64,000 bases of DNA from Octopus vulgaris. Lineage: Eukaryota. Both the position numbers and the translations under genes were made by a program. The notes below the pieces were generated by a model that ran no database searches, was not told where the DNA came from, and saw only the letters and a list, made by a program, of their open reading frames with translations. This document shows, in pieces, positions 15,862 to 27,810 of the stretch. Where the stretch lies: assembly GCA_951406725.2 (NCBI GenBank), contig OX597818.1, positions 71,982,001-72,046,000 on the forward strand, written 5' to 3'. The stretch's first letter is position 1. Every line of letters begins with the position of its first letter.

Positions 15862-17185
15862 TCTCTTTTACTCTTTTACTTGTTTCAGTCATTTGACTGC
15901 GGCCATGCTGGAGCACCGCCTTTAATGTCGGCGAGACGGCACTTCCGTGCCTTGACAGCTTGTCGCGAACAGGTAACGCCGCACGGAAACACTGCCAGGC
16001 CAAGAATTTCTGGTAATTATCCAGGTACCCCGGCCGGAACGTTCTCCGGAACTGGTTGATCAATTGGTTTTCATCGTAGCCCAGGGTCTCCCCCAAGGCG
16101 TCTTCGGACTTAACCTCTACTAACTCGCTATAGAAATCCGTGGTGGAACTCCTGTTGCCGGCATTGCCCGCTCGAGAGAGTAGCTGAAGTGCCTGACGGC
16201 ACTCCAATTGCCAGTCCCCCAGCCTAGGTCTCTGCTTGATCCAATTACCAATGTACGTTAACTGCGGAAGGTAGAACCGAACGTGCGGTAACCATCCAAG
16301 TTCTCCATCCAAGTAAAGCCAGAGGTGCCTCAACCTTAATGCGAATTTTCGCATCTTCAGCCAAGGCATCCCTAGCCCACCCTTTAGCGGTTTCTGGCAG
16401 CAGACAGAGCGCTTTACAAGTGGCTTTCCTCCTTTCCACAAAAAATGGAAAAGGATTCTCTCCAAATTGTTCAACCACAAATCGGGGCAAGGCACCACGG
16501 TCAGGCGGTAGGTGACTACTGATGCTATGAACATCTGCACCACCTCCGCCCTCCCTAGCAGGGATAACGCCCGTCCAGACCAGGTCTGGGTTACAGCGGT
16601 CACCTTGCCGGCCACCTCACTCCAATTTTTCTCTATCTGGAGGTCTGGCCCGAACCAGACTCCGAGCAGCTTAACAGGACCTTCCGTCCAACGCCCCACG
16701 ACGTTATTGGACGGTATCGGCTTGCCTCTCCAGGTGCCGAGTTGCAAACCGACCGACTTGTCCTTGTTCACCTTTGCTCCTGCCACCGCCTCGTAGCTTT
16801 AGATGGCCTCTTCCACCACTGGAAGCTGGCCTTCATCTCCCACGATGATGGAGATGTCATCCGCGTACGCTCCTCTTCCACACCATTGATCCTGCGGTGC
16901 GCCCCCTAGTGTCTCCAACTTCCGCAGCAAAGGCTCAAGAGCCAAAACACATAGAAGCGGGGACTGGGGGCACCCCTGACGAACTGAACCCTCGATCCTG
17001 AACGGCTTCGAAAGGAAGCCGTTCATCTTGACCACAGAATCGATGTCGCTGTACAAAGCAGCGATCCAACCTCGAAAGGTCGGGCCCAGGCCAGCCTCCC
17101 CGAGGACCGCCGCCAAGTACCGATGGTCGACCCTATCAAATGCCTTAGACTGGTCTAAATGTACCACACAGCCACTCCTGCGCCT
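15862..17185 (-). mobile_element. Tx1-type LINE RT fragment (~15924-17163) bracketed by SINE A head (17164-17185) and SINE A tail (15862-15923)
   Basis: ORFs 16799-17167 ([20 protein letters not shown]) and 15788-16786 (GGLGMP, zf-RVT-like start); flanks match the SINE A termini. Confidence 0.9.
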
Positions 17186-17238
17186 ATATGTGCGTGTGTG
17201 ACTGCAGGAATATATCCTTTATGGTATTTACTTTCATC

Positions 17239-17674
17239 AAGGCGGCGAGCTGGCAGAAACGTTAGCACGCCGGGCGAAATGTATAGCCGTATTTCGTCTG
17301 CCGTTACGTTCTGAGTTCAAATTCCGCCGAAGTCGACTTTGCCTTTCATCTTTTCGGGGTCGATAAATTAAGTACCAGTTACGCACTGGGGTCGATATAA
17401 TCGACTTAATCAGTTTGTCTGTCCTTGTTTGTCCTCTCTGTGATTAGCCCCTTGTGGGTAATAAAGAAATAGGTAGTAAAGAAATAGGTATTTCGTCTGC
17501 CGCTACGTTCTGAGTTCAAATTCCGCCGAGGTCGACTTTGCCTTTCATCCTTTCGGGGTCGATTAAATAAATACCAGTTACGCACTGGGGTCGATAAATC
17601 AACTTAATCCGTTTGTCTGTCCTTGTTTGTGCTCTCTGTGTTTAGCCCTTGTGGGCAGTAAAGAAATAGGTATT
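17239..17674 (+). mobile_element. SINE family C subtype with tandemly duplicated body and Tx1-like 3' tail
   Basis: Head AAGGCGGCGAGCTGGCAGAA; ~190-bp unit repeated at ~17289-17473 and ~17489-17674. Confidence 0.85.
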
Positions 17675-19521
17675 TACTTTAATCTTAAAGGAATGTGATT
17701 TAAAAAGTTCAAAACACACACACATCCACACACACGCACGCACACGCACACGCACGCACACAGGCACGCACACGCACAATAGGTTACCAAACAGTGTCTG
17801 TCTCTGCTATTGAACAAAGCAATGTGCTGCGCAAAGGGACTGAACTCGAAACCACTTGATTGCAAAGTGTGGTTCTTAACCAGGCAGTCATGTCTGCGCC
17901 TGCACATACATGTACAACAATGCAGACGAATTGGTGAGCTGTATATGTATGCGCGCTTGTGTATGTGTGTGTATATGTATGCGTGCATGTATATGTACAT
18001 ATTATGTTCATGCACGTGTACATGTGTGTATGTGTGTGTGCGTGCACTATAATGCCGACAAATAGGCGCGAAAATAACACATTGAGTGAGAAAAATTACC
18101 GAGGGATGTTACCAACATGGAAAATTATAAGTGTATTTATATAAACTTACTATAGAAAATAACACATTTTGATTTAAAAGAAGAAATCCAACAGTAATTA
18201 AATTAGTTAAAAATGTTAAGTTACTTGAAAGAGATTCATTTTAAATACACCCATGTTGGATTATGTTTATAAACAAAGAAAAATTGGCACTAAATAAGGA
18301 GTGGGGAGTCACTAGAAGGCTCCAATGAAAGCAGAGCAAAAGTATTAGGAAATGTTATGTTAAATGTGTAATATTATTGTAAGGATATTGATGTCAATTA
18401 CTGGCACCTTAAAGTCTAGCATATCTGGGTACATAAAGTAATTTTCTCTGAGACTCCATTGAATGGATGGTTTTGGTGTTGTGCGTCTAGGGCAAGTTAA
18501 CTTGGGTGAACCTTACCTTCGTCATGCTAAACCCACAGGAAGTGTTACGCTATAACTCACATTACAGCCATTAGTTAGTGTTGAATGGTTCCTCAGTTGT
18601 GAAGCAAAAATCCTTAAAGCCTGGAGTCAAAGTAACTTTTAACGTCCCTATCTTCATAAGCGTGATAAGCCAGGAGAAATTTTGATCTCTTCATGCCTGA
18701 GTTCAGGATCGACTGCCTTTTAGCCTTGTTTTCTTCCAGCTACTCTTCTATAGTTTCTAAATTATAGTACGTATATTGCTCATTAGTCCCCCCCTTAGCC
18801 CTTCTTCAGAAGTCATATGATTAAAGAAGTTCAAGTCGTGCTCATTCCATTGTTTTCTAAGATATAGTGTAACTAAGATTACAGTAGTCAATGATTCATT
18901 CCCTTTTTATGACAGGAGGGATTTAAGGGGCATTTGGTTACTATTTCTAATAGAACAAGTTCACTCGTTGGCTTAACTACCTACCCCTCTGCCCATGTGT
19001 GTATACATACGCACACGCACACACACACACATATATAAAACGAAGATGTACAGGTGTCAATTCATTACGGCCGTTTCAAGCGACTCCTTTAATTGATTAA
19101 TGAAAACATTACATCATTTGAAAGAAACCGTTCTCATCAGATAACCGTTTAGACTTCAAACATAAAGAACAACAAATCCACATCAATAATGTAATTCAAA
19201 ATATTTACATTGTTTCTGTCGTCATATCTCTGGCAGAATCTATACATCTTCGTTACTCACTTATGTTTTATTTACCTGCCTTGGAATCTGCACTACGGAA
19301 ATACTATTGAAAGTACCTTTATATAAAGTACATGTCTGAACTACCAAGAGCGGATATCTTGATTCAGCTGGGTTGCGTTGTCTGCACACACGGCAGAAAT
19401 ATCGGGTGCAAACACTCATGTACAGTGTTTTGATACCCAATATTCAATTAACAAGGTGCTCCAAATTAAGTATGCAAATCAACGGAATCTTAATTATATC
19501 ACGCACCTCCCCACTCACATA

Positions 19522-19904
19522 TCTCTCTCTATATAAACGGCAGTTTGTCTGTGCGTTTTCTGTGTGTCTGTTTTCTCGTACCCTCACCTTGACCACGGCT
19601 TTCAACCGATTCTGATGAAACTTGACACACACATAGCCCAATGTCATAATTCAAAACTAACGCAGCGAAAATTTTGAAAAGTTCCCCCAGTTCTGAAAAA
19701 AATCGATAAATTCGACATGGGGTCGAGAATCAGAAACCCAAACCACAGACCGTCTAGGGGACGCAACTCCACCTTTTTTAACTCTCAAAAAAATTTACCA
19801 TCATTTTTTTTCCATTTTTTTGCTATTTTTTGGCTATAACTCTCTAAAAATGCTTTATAGTTATTTCCCTTACAAACCTGAGCAACGCCGGGCGATACTG
19901 CTAG
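19522..19904 (+). mobile_element. non-autonomous Helitron
   Basis: A|TC start; 3' end ...GAGCAACGCCGGGCGATACTGCTAG|T shared with 1024-1535. Confidence 0.8.
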
Positions 19905-19914
19905 TATATAATAA

Positions 19915-20082
19915 AGACATAAAGACACACACACACACATACAACGGATTTCTTTCAGTTTCTGTCCACTAAATCTACTCACAAGGCTTTGGTAGGTTCG
20001 AGGGTATAGTAGAAGATACTTGCCCAAGGTACCACGCAGTGGAACTGAACCCAGAACCATGTGCTTGGAAAGCAAGCTTCTT
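19915..20082 (-). mobile_element. SINE family A, downstream part of a split head
   Basis: Minus strand starts AAGAAGCTTGCTTTCCAAGCACATGGTTCTGGGTTCAG; the missing first ~37 nt lie at 23418-23454. Confidence 0.9.
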
Positions 20083-22406
20083 TATTTCATAAATTGGCTA
20101 TGGAAGCCGAACATAGATGGGACAAACAAGGACAGACAGATATAGCGGGTGAAGAAGTTGCTTATTACAAATGAAACAGTTTCGAATGATAAAATATAAA
20201 TGTCATGCTGTTAAAAATTAGGTCTTTTTTTCCTTTTAAAAATTTCTATATAAACTTGATGACCATTGCAAATTTTGCAATGTGTGACTGAAGGAAAGGC
20301 GTCCAACAGCCAGCTTCGAACCTTTACTTTTCCTTCTGGCCCCACTTACCTGGTTCCAGTAAGTCGCAGCTTGTTCACTACCAGCTTCTCCAGCCTGATC
20401 TTGCTATCGAGGTGGTAACTAAAGAAGATAACTAGCCTCTGGTCGGAGACGAAGCTACCCGTCACTATGACTCTTACATGTGTCTTCCATACTGTTTCTT
20501 TCAGTATGGCTACTTCACAGAAAAAACAAGCCTTTCTTTCCCTGTTAAGGGAAGAAGGCGACACAATTTTGATAATAGACTCAACCGATATCTGTACTCT
20601 ACTCATCGTTGACAACAATTGCTCGACAAAAGCTATCAGTCCCGATAATTCCGGACACTTCAGTTTCTCTGTCCCGCCCGCACCACGGGCATGTTGGCGA
20701 GACGGCACTTCCGTGCCTTGAAAGCTTGTCTCGAACAGGCAAAACCGAACGGTAGCACTGCCAAGCCAGGGATCACTGGTAATTATCCAGATGCCCCAGC
20801 CCGAAAGTCCTCCTGAACAGGTTTATCAACTTATTTCCATCGAAGCCCAGGGTCTCCCCCAGGACATCGTCTGACATAAATTCCACTAACCCGCTATAGA
20901 AATCCGCAGCGAAACTCCTGTTGCTAATATTTCCCGCCCAAGAGAGTACTGGAGTCCTATCAGGCAGAATCCCCCAGCTTAGGTCTTCGTTTGAACCATG
21001 GCCCAGTGTCCGTTAAGGACGTCAACTGTAGAAGGTAGAACCCTACGTGTAGTGACCACATCTGCTCTCCATCAAGGTAAAGCCAGAGGCGCCTCAACCT
21101 TAACGCGAATTTTCGCATCCTCAGCCAAGGCATCCCTAGCCCACCCTTTAGCAGTTTTTGGCAGCAGACAGAGCGCTTCACAAGTGACTTTCCTTCCTTT
21201 CACAAAAAGCGAAAAAGGATTCTTTCCAACTTGTTCAACCACAAATCGGTGCAAGGCACAACGGTCCTAATTAGTTTGGCAGAATCCCCACTTCTTTCAT
21301 CTCAAGGGATTGACAGCATGCTCGAGGGCCATCTCTATTGTTCTGAATCTGGCTTCTATTGTACCAAATTTTCTTCCTCTTGTTATATAGCTGATATCTT
21401 TTCATACGGATGCCAGGCATTTTTCAATTTTATTTTGTTCCATATGCTTCATTCTTTTTTCTTCTGGGCAGAACCCTTTGAATATAATTGTTTTTTGTTT
21501 GATCTCTTCTGTTGTGTTGTTGGGAGGTGATATTTTTACTTCACCCTCCTCCTCCGTCATTTTTAAAAAATATTTCCTGGAGTATCCCCACTGGGACCTC
21601 CAGACTTTCCATTTGTACAGCGGCGACTACCGCAAAGCCTTCGGAGACTTGTTTTGGAGGTTGGTTAGCCTCCAAAGCCTCGCACTCTTATAAGAGACCA
21701 TTTTTCTCTTATTATATCCACCGACATTTCGGTCGAGATAAATTAGAAAACGCACGAACACAGTTCCAAGAGTTTTTTTGTTTTGTTTTTTTTGCAATCA
21801 AATAAATTTAAATCCCAGCCGCTGTCAGGGGAGGGGCATAGTTCAATGAAGCCCCAAAACGGCTGAAAAACAGTTCTTTTTTCCCAAAGGAAAAGTTATA
21901 GGATTCCGTTCCTTTCCTTTTCTGTTAAAAAAAAATTACTTCCACTCAAGAGGAACAACAGTTCAAATCTCACCCTCGTCGGTGGGAGGGGCGCAGCTCA
22001 AATAAAGAGCCTAAAACGACTGAATTAAGTTTTTTATCGAAATTGTAGGTTTCCTCAGTTCAAAAAATAAATTCCTCGCAGCAGGAACAACAGTTCAAAT
22101 ACTACCCCCGTTTGGGGGTGGGGTGCAGTTCAACAATGCTTACAAAGGCTAAATTTAAAAAAATGCAGTCTGTTGAAGAATCCAATCGAATAAACAATTG
22201 CTAAATGGCCACAGAATTTTCACTATTCCCCGGAATACCGGGAAATATTATTGTCCAACACAGCCTGCAAACAGGCAACAGTTCACAATAACAATTTTCT
22301 ATGAATTTTCAACAACAGTTTACAATAAATAACAGTTTTAACAATAAAAAAATGACAACTCACAGAGCGCAAAAAGAAAAAAAAACACGACCGAAGTCTT
22401 CAACCA
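20083..22406 (-). mobile_element. Tx1-type LINE, internally deleted (5'UTR with tandem monomers, then ORF2 C-terminus 21268-20346 and 3'UTR)
   Basis: Degenerate frames KRSVCCQKLLKGGLGMPWL and VESIIKIV...KETVWKT; 3'UTR ends AATAAA and matches 52810-53034. Confidence 0.82.
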
Positions 22407-22419
22407 GAAGCAAGCTTCT

Positions 22420-23417
22420 ATTATTCATGAAATTGACCATGAAGGCCGTACATAGAAGGGACAGCACAAGGTGAGGATAAAAAAAAACGAAACGAATGGA
22501 AAAGATGAATTGAATATAATGAAAAAATGGAATGAAGCCGTTCGGCCCCACCTTCGAGCGACTTCATTGAACCTGTTAATACAAGCTCATTTTTTTAATT
22601 TAAACTACCATGGATAATGCCTTTGTGACAGCTAGTTTCCCCTTTTTTGGAAAATGTCTATGTCAAGTTCCTTTAAAATGTAAGCATAACTTACCCTTTT
22701 AGGTATTTTGCTGGGTTAATCTGTACCATCATGTCCAGGCTCTGCCCTTGCCAGTTTCCATGCCTAGCAGTATGGCAGCCACCACCAGCCAGGCTACATT
22801 TACTTCTGGGGATATGTCTTCTACCCTAACCCTGGAAGCACGTCTCCCAACGTATACAGGTAAAAGCCCCACTTCTTCAGTTTTTAATGGTGTGGCTGAT
22901 TGCAGTCTGGCGGTAGCTATCTCCCGAAACTGCACTTCCACCGTTCCGTACTTTCTTCCCCTGGCAAGGTAGGATATCTCTTGCCAGACTGGCATCAATG
23001 CCTTTTCAACTTGTGCCTCCGACACCACTTCTATTTTTCTTGTTGCCACCATGTATGTCCTGTAAACGATCGTTCTCTCTTCCTTATCCTTTAACACTTC
23101 TTTGGTGGGGAATACATTCACGTTGTTCCCCTCCCTTTTAAGTATTTCCTTGAACTTGCTCAGCTCTTCCAGACTTATGCCTTCAATTTCTCTCTTTGCC
23201 GCTGCAGCGTAATTCCTTGTTTCTATTACTGTTCAAACATTTCACCACTTCTTCCTCAGACAACACAAATTCTGAAGAAGAATAACTTAAATCCTCACCA
23301 CTCATCACACGATGCCCCTCCATTAAACAAGAGGGAAAACGTCTCACCGCCAAGACAACCAAAAAGCATGTGTGTTAGTCACAAAGACAGTAATTGAACT
23401 AAACAAAACGCTATACC
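22420..23417 (-). mobile_element. Tx1-type LINE, internally deleted (5'UTR + ORF1 N-terminus + 3'UTR)
   Basis: ORF1-like NYAAAAKRE...IVYRTY...YGTVEVQF (22729-23215); 3' end CCTTGTGCTGTCCC...AATTTCATGAATAAT resembles the other Tx1 3'UTRs; bounded by target copies on both sides. Confidence 0.65.
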
Positions 23418-23454
23418 GGAAGCAAGCTTCTTACTACACAGCTACACCTGCGCC
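23418..23454 (-). mobile_element. SINE family A, 5' 37 nt of the split head
   Basis: Reverse complement is GGCGCAGGTGTAGCTGTGTAGTAAGAAGCTTGCTTCC. Confidence 0.85.
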
Positions 23455-24105
23455 TATTTTTCTGATGTTCTTAAAAATTTGCATGGATTTCTCAGTTGTG
23501 GCAGAAAGAGGTAGTGTACGCGCCACTGGTCGATCAGAAGAACTCTTAGGTAAACTTTTATATTAGAACACCTCATTGCATGTGCCGTTCGTTTTCATTT
23601 ATTGGCCCAACACATGTCACAAATTTTGGACATGAAACCAAATGAAACTAATTTTTCAGAAGCATAAATCTTGTCCATGGCCATTCCTGAAGGTACCTCT
23701 ATTCCACAGCTCATGTGTATGGCCAGGTTATAGCCTCTGGGTATATATTAGCAGTAGAGGCAATAGTAATACCGAGATATAATATTTATCCCCACTTAAA
23801 CATGGATGTTCTATTAGTACAAACTATACTGCGGTAGTTACCATAAGCGAAAGTCCATATTGACTTTCTGATGTAAAATGCACTCTTCTTTTCATCGCTA
23901 GCGGGGAAATAAATCCGAGCGACCTCCAGCGCCGAGACTACCTGATCACATGATTTCAACCTTGTTTGGTCTTTTCAATGATGGACACTCGACCGCTATA
24001 GGCAGCAGGGATTCATTTTCCTGCCAGTGATATGGCAAAGTCAGAACATGCACTGGTGTCGCGATTAGCCAGTTAGCTTTAAATATATATGTTAATATAT
24101 ATATG

Positions 24106-24165
<60 letters not shown>

Positions 24166-24990
24166 TAGCGACAGGGGCAGTATTAATACCGAAAAGGTTG
24201 TCTTGCTCATTCAGCATTCTGCCTGGCCTGTTGTGAGATTTTATAGTGTCTATGTGCAGCCTGTCTGACAGCAGGCTATGGAGGGCGAGCCTGTCATTCG
24301 TCTGGCATCTCCAGTTGTTAATGGATGGCCTATCTGGAAGTATTTGTCTACGGAGGGTGTCATTTTCATTATCAGTTTCAAATTTTCAGCGAGCTGCATT
24401 CCTGGCAGCGTTTGCTGGAATCTTTCTAGACGCTGTTCCATTTGCTTCTGCTGCTCTTAAATCACAGCTACTTTTCGCAGTAGAAGTTAAACGTGGAGAA
24501 CGTCTTTCCTGGCATTATTGATAGAAACAAATTATTAAAAAAGCAAATGAAAAAAAAAAGGAACAATCAAGATATACAAATAATGAAGAGGCAAAACGAA
24601 ATTATTACTGTCTCATTCTGGTTTAGAAGATTGAAAAGAAATTCTGAAAATATAATTTCGAGAAATGTAATACATTTTACGATCCGAGTGACAAAATATA
24701 TGGAAATGTAAACAAAGACATTGTTTTGCAGCTGATATTTTTATTGAAGAAAATAAATTTTGATGTCACACCTTCAAAGACACTGACAAATTTCTATGTG
24801 GAGCAGTGTTGAGAGAGAGAGGGAGAGAGAGAGAGAGAGAGAGAGAGACTAATCACATTGTTCGTAACAATTAGCAATCAATAAGGAAAACGAAATAAAT
24901 TCGTAAGAGAGATAAATATATATTTATATTTATATATATATTTATATATATATATATATTCAAGAGAAAAACAGAAATATAGCGATAAAA

Positions 24991-25053
<63 letters not shown>

Positions 25054-25054
<1 letters not shown>

Positions 25055-27028
25055 GTTTCTTTATTGGCCACACAGGGCTGCACACAGATGGGACAAGTTA
25101 CAAGGTAGAGCTTTTCTTTTGGGGGATGAAGAGAACAAAAAATAAAAGAAAAAAAAAAGGGGTGGCGTAGGTTTTCGATCAAGAGGGATCGTAAAAGGGA
25201 AGAAAAGAACAAAAAAAAATTTGAATAAAATAAAAGGAATAAAAAGAAAAAAAAGAAAAGGAAAAGGAACAAAAGGAAAGAGAAATGAAAAAAGAAGAAA
25301 AAAGGGGAAAAAAGGGGGAAGAGGAAAAAAAAAACGATCAATAGGGATCGTGTATCACAGTGTTATGATATATGGTGTAAAGGGAAAGCAAGTAAGGTTT
25401 ATCCGTGGGAAGAAAAGCCTACGAAAAAGACCACGGTAACCTTGGTCAATATTGTTATATGTTACCACATTTGTTTGCAAGTGGGTAACCCTCTGTTTTC
25501 AATTTCTGGGTTCATAGGATTATGCTCAAGGTGGCTTCGTCATTCATACGTGCCATCCTTGCTACATTCACCCATCTTTTTTAAAACATTCGCTAGACAA
25601 AATTTGCCTCTCTACTCTCACTTTCCTTTTCAAGTGGTACTTGAAGAAGTTGATGAGAGATTGACCAGAGAGGAAAGTATTTGTCTCCAATCCTTTCAGA
25701 CGCGTCCACCAGATACATTCTTTCGCCATAGCCACAAGGATGATGAAAATAGCTCTTCCTTCCCGTTTGAAGGAAGGAGGCGTGACAATATTGACGATAG
25801 ACTCAGCTGATAAACCGACTCGTCCCACACGTGACAGCAGTTGTTCGACATAAGCCCACAGGTCGGAAATTGTTGGACACTGCACGAGTGCGTGCAGAAC
25901 GGTTTCGTCGCTCTGACCGCATCTCGGGCAGGTCGGCCCCGTGTTTCTCGAGCCGTGTCTGTAGAGCTTATCCCGAACGGGTAGCGCTTCTCGGTAGCAC
26001 TGCCAGGCCAGGGATCTCTGGAAGTTGTCCATGGGCCCTGGCCCGAAAGTCGTCCTGAACAGGCGGGTCAGGTACTCCTCGTCGACGTCCAGGTTCGCCC
26101 CGAGCTCGTCGTCGTACCTCCCCTCCACTAATCCCCTATAGAATGCTTTGGTTGTGTTGAAGTCACTCAAGGTCGACGCGGGACGGCAGAGTTGCTTGAG
26201 AGCAACGCGACACTCGCGGTGCCAATCGCCCTTCCTCGGCCTCTTTTTGATCCACGACTGCAGTTCGGTCATGGAGACGAGCTGCGGGAAAGCGTGCCTC
26301 ACAAACGGCGACCACACCTGTTCACCGTCGTCTACATAGAGCCAGAGATGTCGCAGTCTCAGCGCGTGTCTGCGCATCATCAACCACGGCATGCCCAGCC
26401 CTCCTTTTAACGGGTGTTGACAGCAAATGGATCGCCTGACCATCGGGACGCATCCTTTCCACAAGAAGCGAAAGAGAATGTGTTGTAGTTTGGTGATGGT
26501 AGGGTCGGGACAAGGTACGACGGTCAGGCGGTAGTAGATGACGGACGCGATGTACGTGTTCGCCACCTCCGCCCGACCTTTTAGGGACAGTTTCCTCTCG
26601 GCCCATTGCCGGGCGAGAGTGACCACCCTACTCGTTATCTCGTTCCAGTTCTTCTCCACTTGGAGGTCCGGACCAAACCAGACCCCGAGCAACTCAACCG
26701 GGCCGTCGGTCCAGCGTCCCACGACGGAGGCGCTGGTGGACGGCATGGGCTTGCTTCTCCAGGTGCCTAGTCGCAAGCCCACTGACTTTTCCCGGTTGAT
26801 TTTCGCTCCTGTCACCGCTTCGTAGTTTTTCAGTGTCTCACCGACCTGCTCGATGTGCTCGTGGCTTGACACTATGACGGTGACGTCGTCCGCGTATGCA
26901 GACACGCTCGTCCCGCATCCCAGTTCTTGCGGGATGCCCCTCAAAGTTGCCAGCTTCCGCAATAATGGCTCGAGAGTCAATACGTATAGAAGCGACGAGA
27001 GGGGGCATCCCTGACGGACCGAACGTGC
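25054..27028 (-). mobile_element. Tx1-type LINE (second family), 5'-truncated, inside (GATA)n
   Basis: Open frame 27028-25568: [22 protein letters not shown]...HALVQC; 3'UTR ends GGCCAATAAAGAAACT(TATC)n. The N-terminal part of the 612-aa track ORF is microsatellite read-through. Confidence 0.95.
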
Positions 27029-27098
<70 letters not shown>

Positions 27099-27119
27099 CA
27101 GAGAGACAGACAGACAGAC

Positions 27120-27154
<35 letters not shown>

Positions 27155-27567
27155 TAGATAGATATATAGATAGATAGATAGATAGATAGATAGGGAGATT
27201 GTGCGCGCGTGTGTGTGTGTGTGGGTGTGTGTGTGTGTGAGAGAGAGGGATAGAATGAGAGAGAAAGTGAGAGAGGGAGAAAGGAAATGAAATAGAATGA
27301 GAAATAGGAAGAGAAGTAAAACAGAGAGTCTGAAACGAAGCGATACTGGAGGGGGAACAAACAAATGTCTCATATAAATAGAGAGCAGGAGGAAGATCTG
27401 ACACACAGAATTTTAACTATACGTATTAGATATTAGATAGAGGTATATACTTATGTACAGTAATATATACTTATGCGTATGCACACGTATATACATAAAT
27501 ATGTGTATGCGTGTGTGTATATATACACTGTAACGTATTGATACCTGGACATACTTGTTACATTCTA

Positions 27568-27644
<77 letters not shown>

Positions 27645-27761
27645 GTCTATCTTCCGGGGATATTTTTCATTGCTCTTCGATTTAAAATTTAAACAGCTAA
27701 TGCTGCCATGACAGGTCTAACAGTGATTATCTCCCTTGCGTTAAAAAGCCGTTGGGGTATG

Positions 27762-27810
<49 letters not shown>

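Noticed and set aside
24250-24310. Insulin A-chain-like RR...CCQTGC motif
   Set aside because: A stop follows immediately, the final Cys at +9 is absent, and no B-chain is visible.
25568-27406. 612-aa ORF as a membrane-anchored RT fusion protein
   Set aside because: The N-terminal ~126 aa are (CT)/(CA)/(ATCT) repeat read-through upstream of a 5'-truncated LINE.
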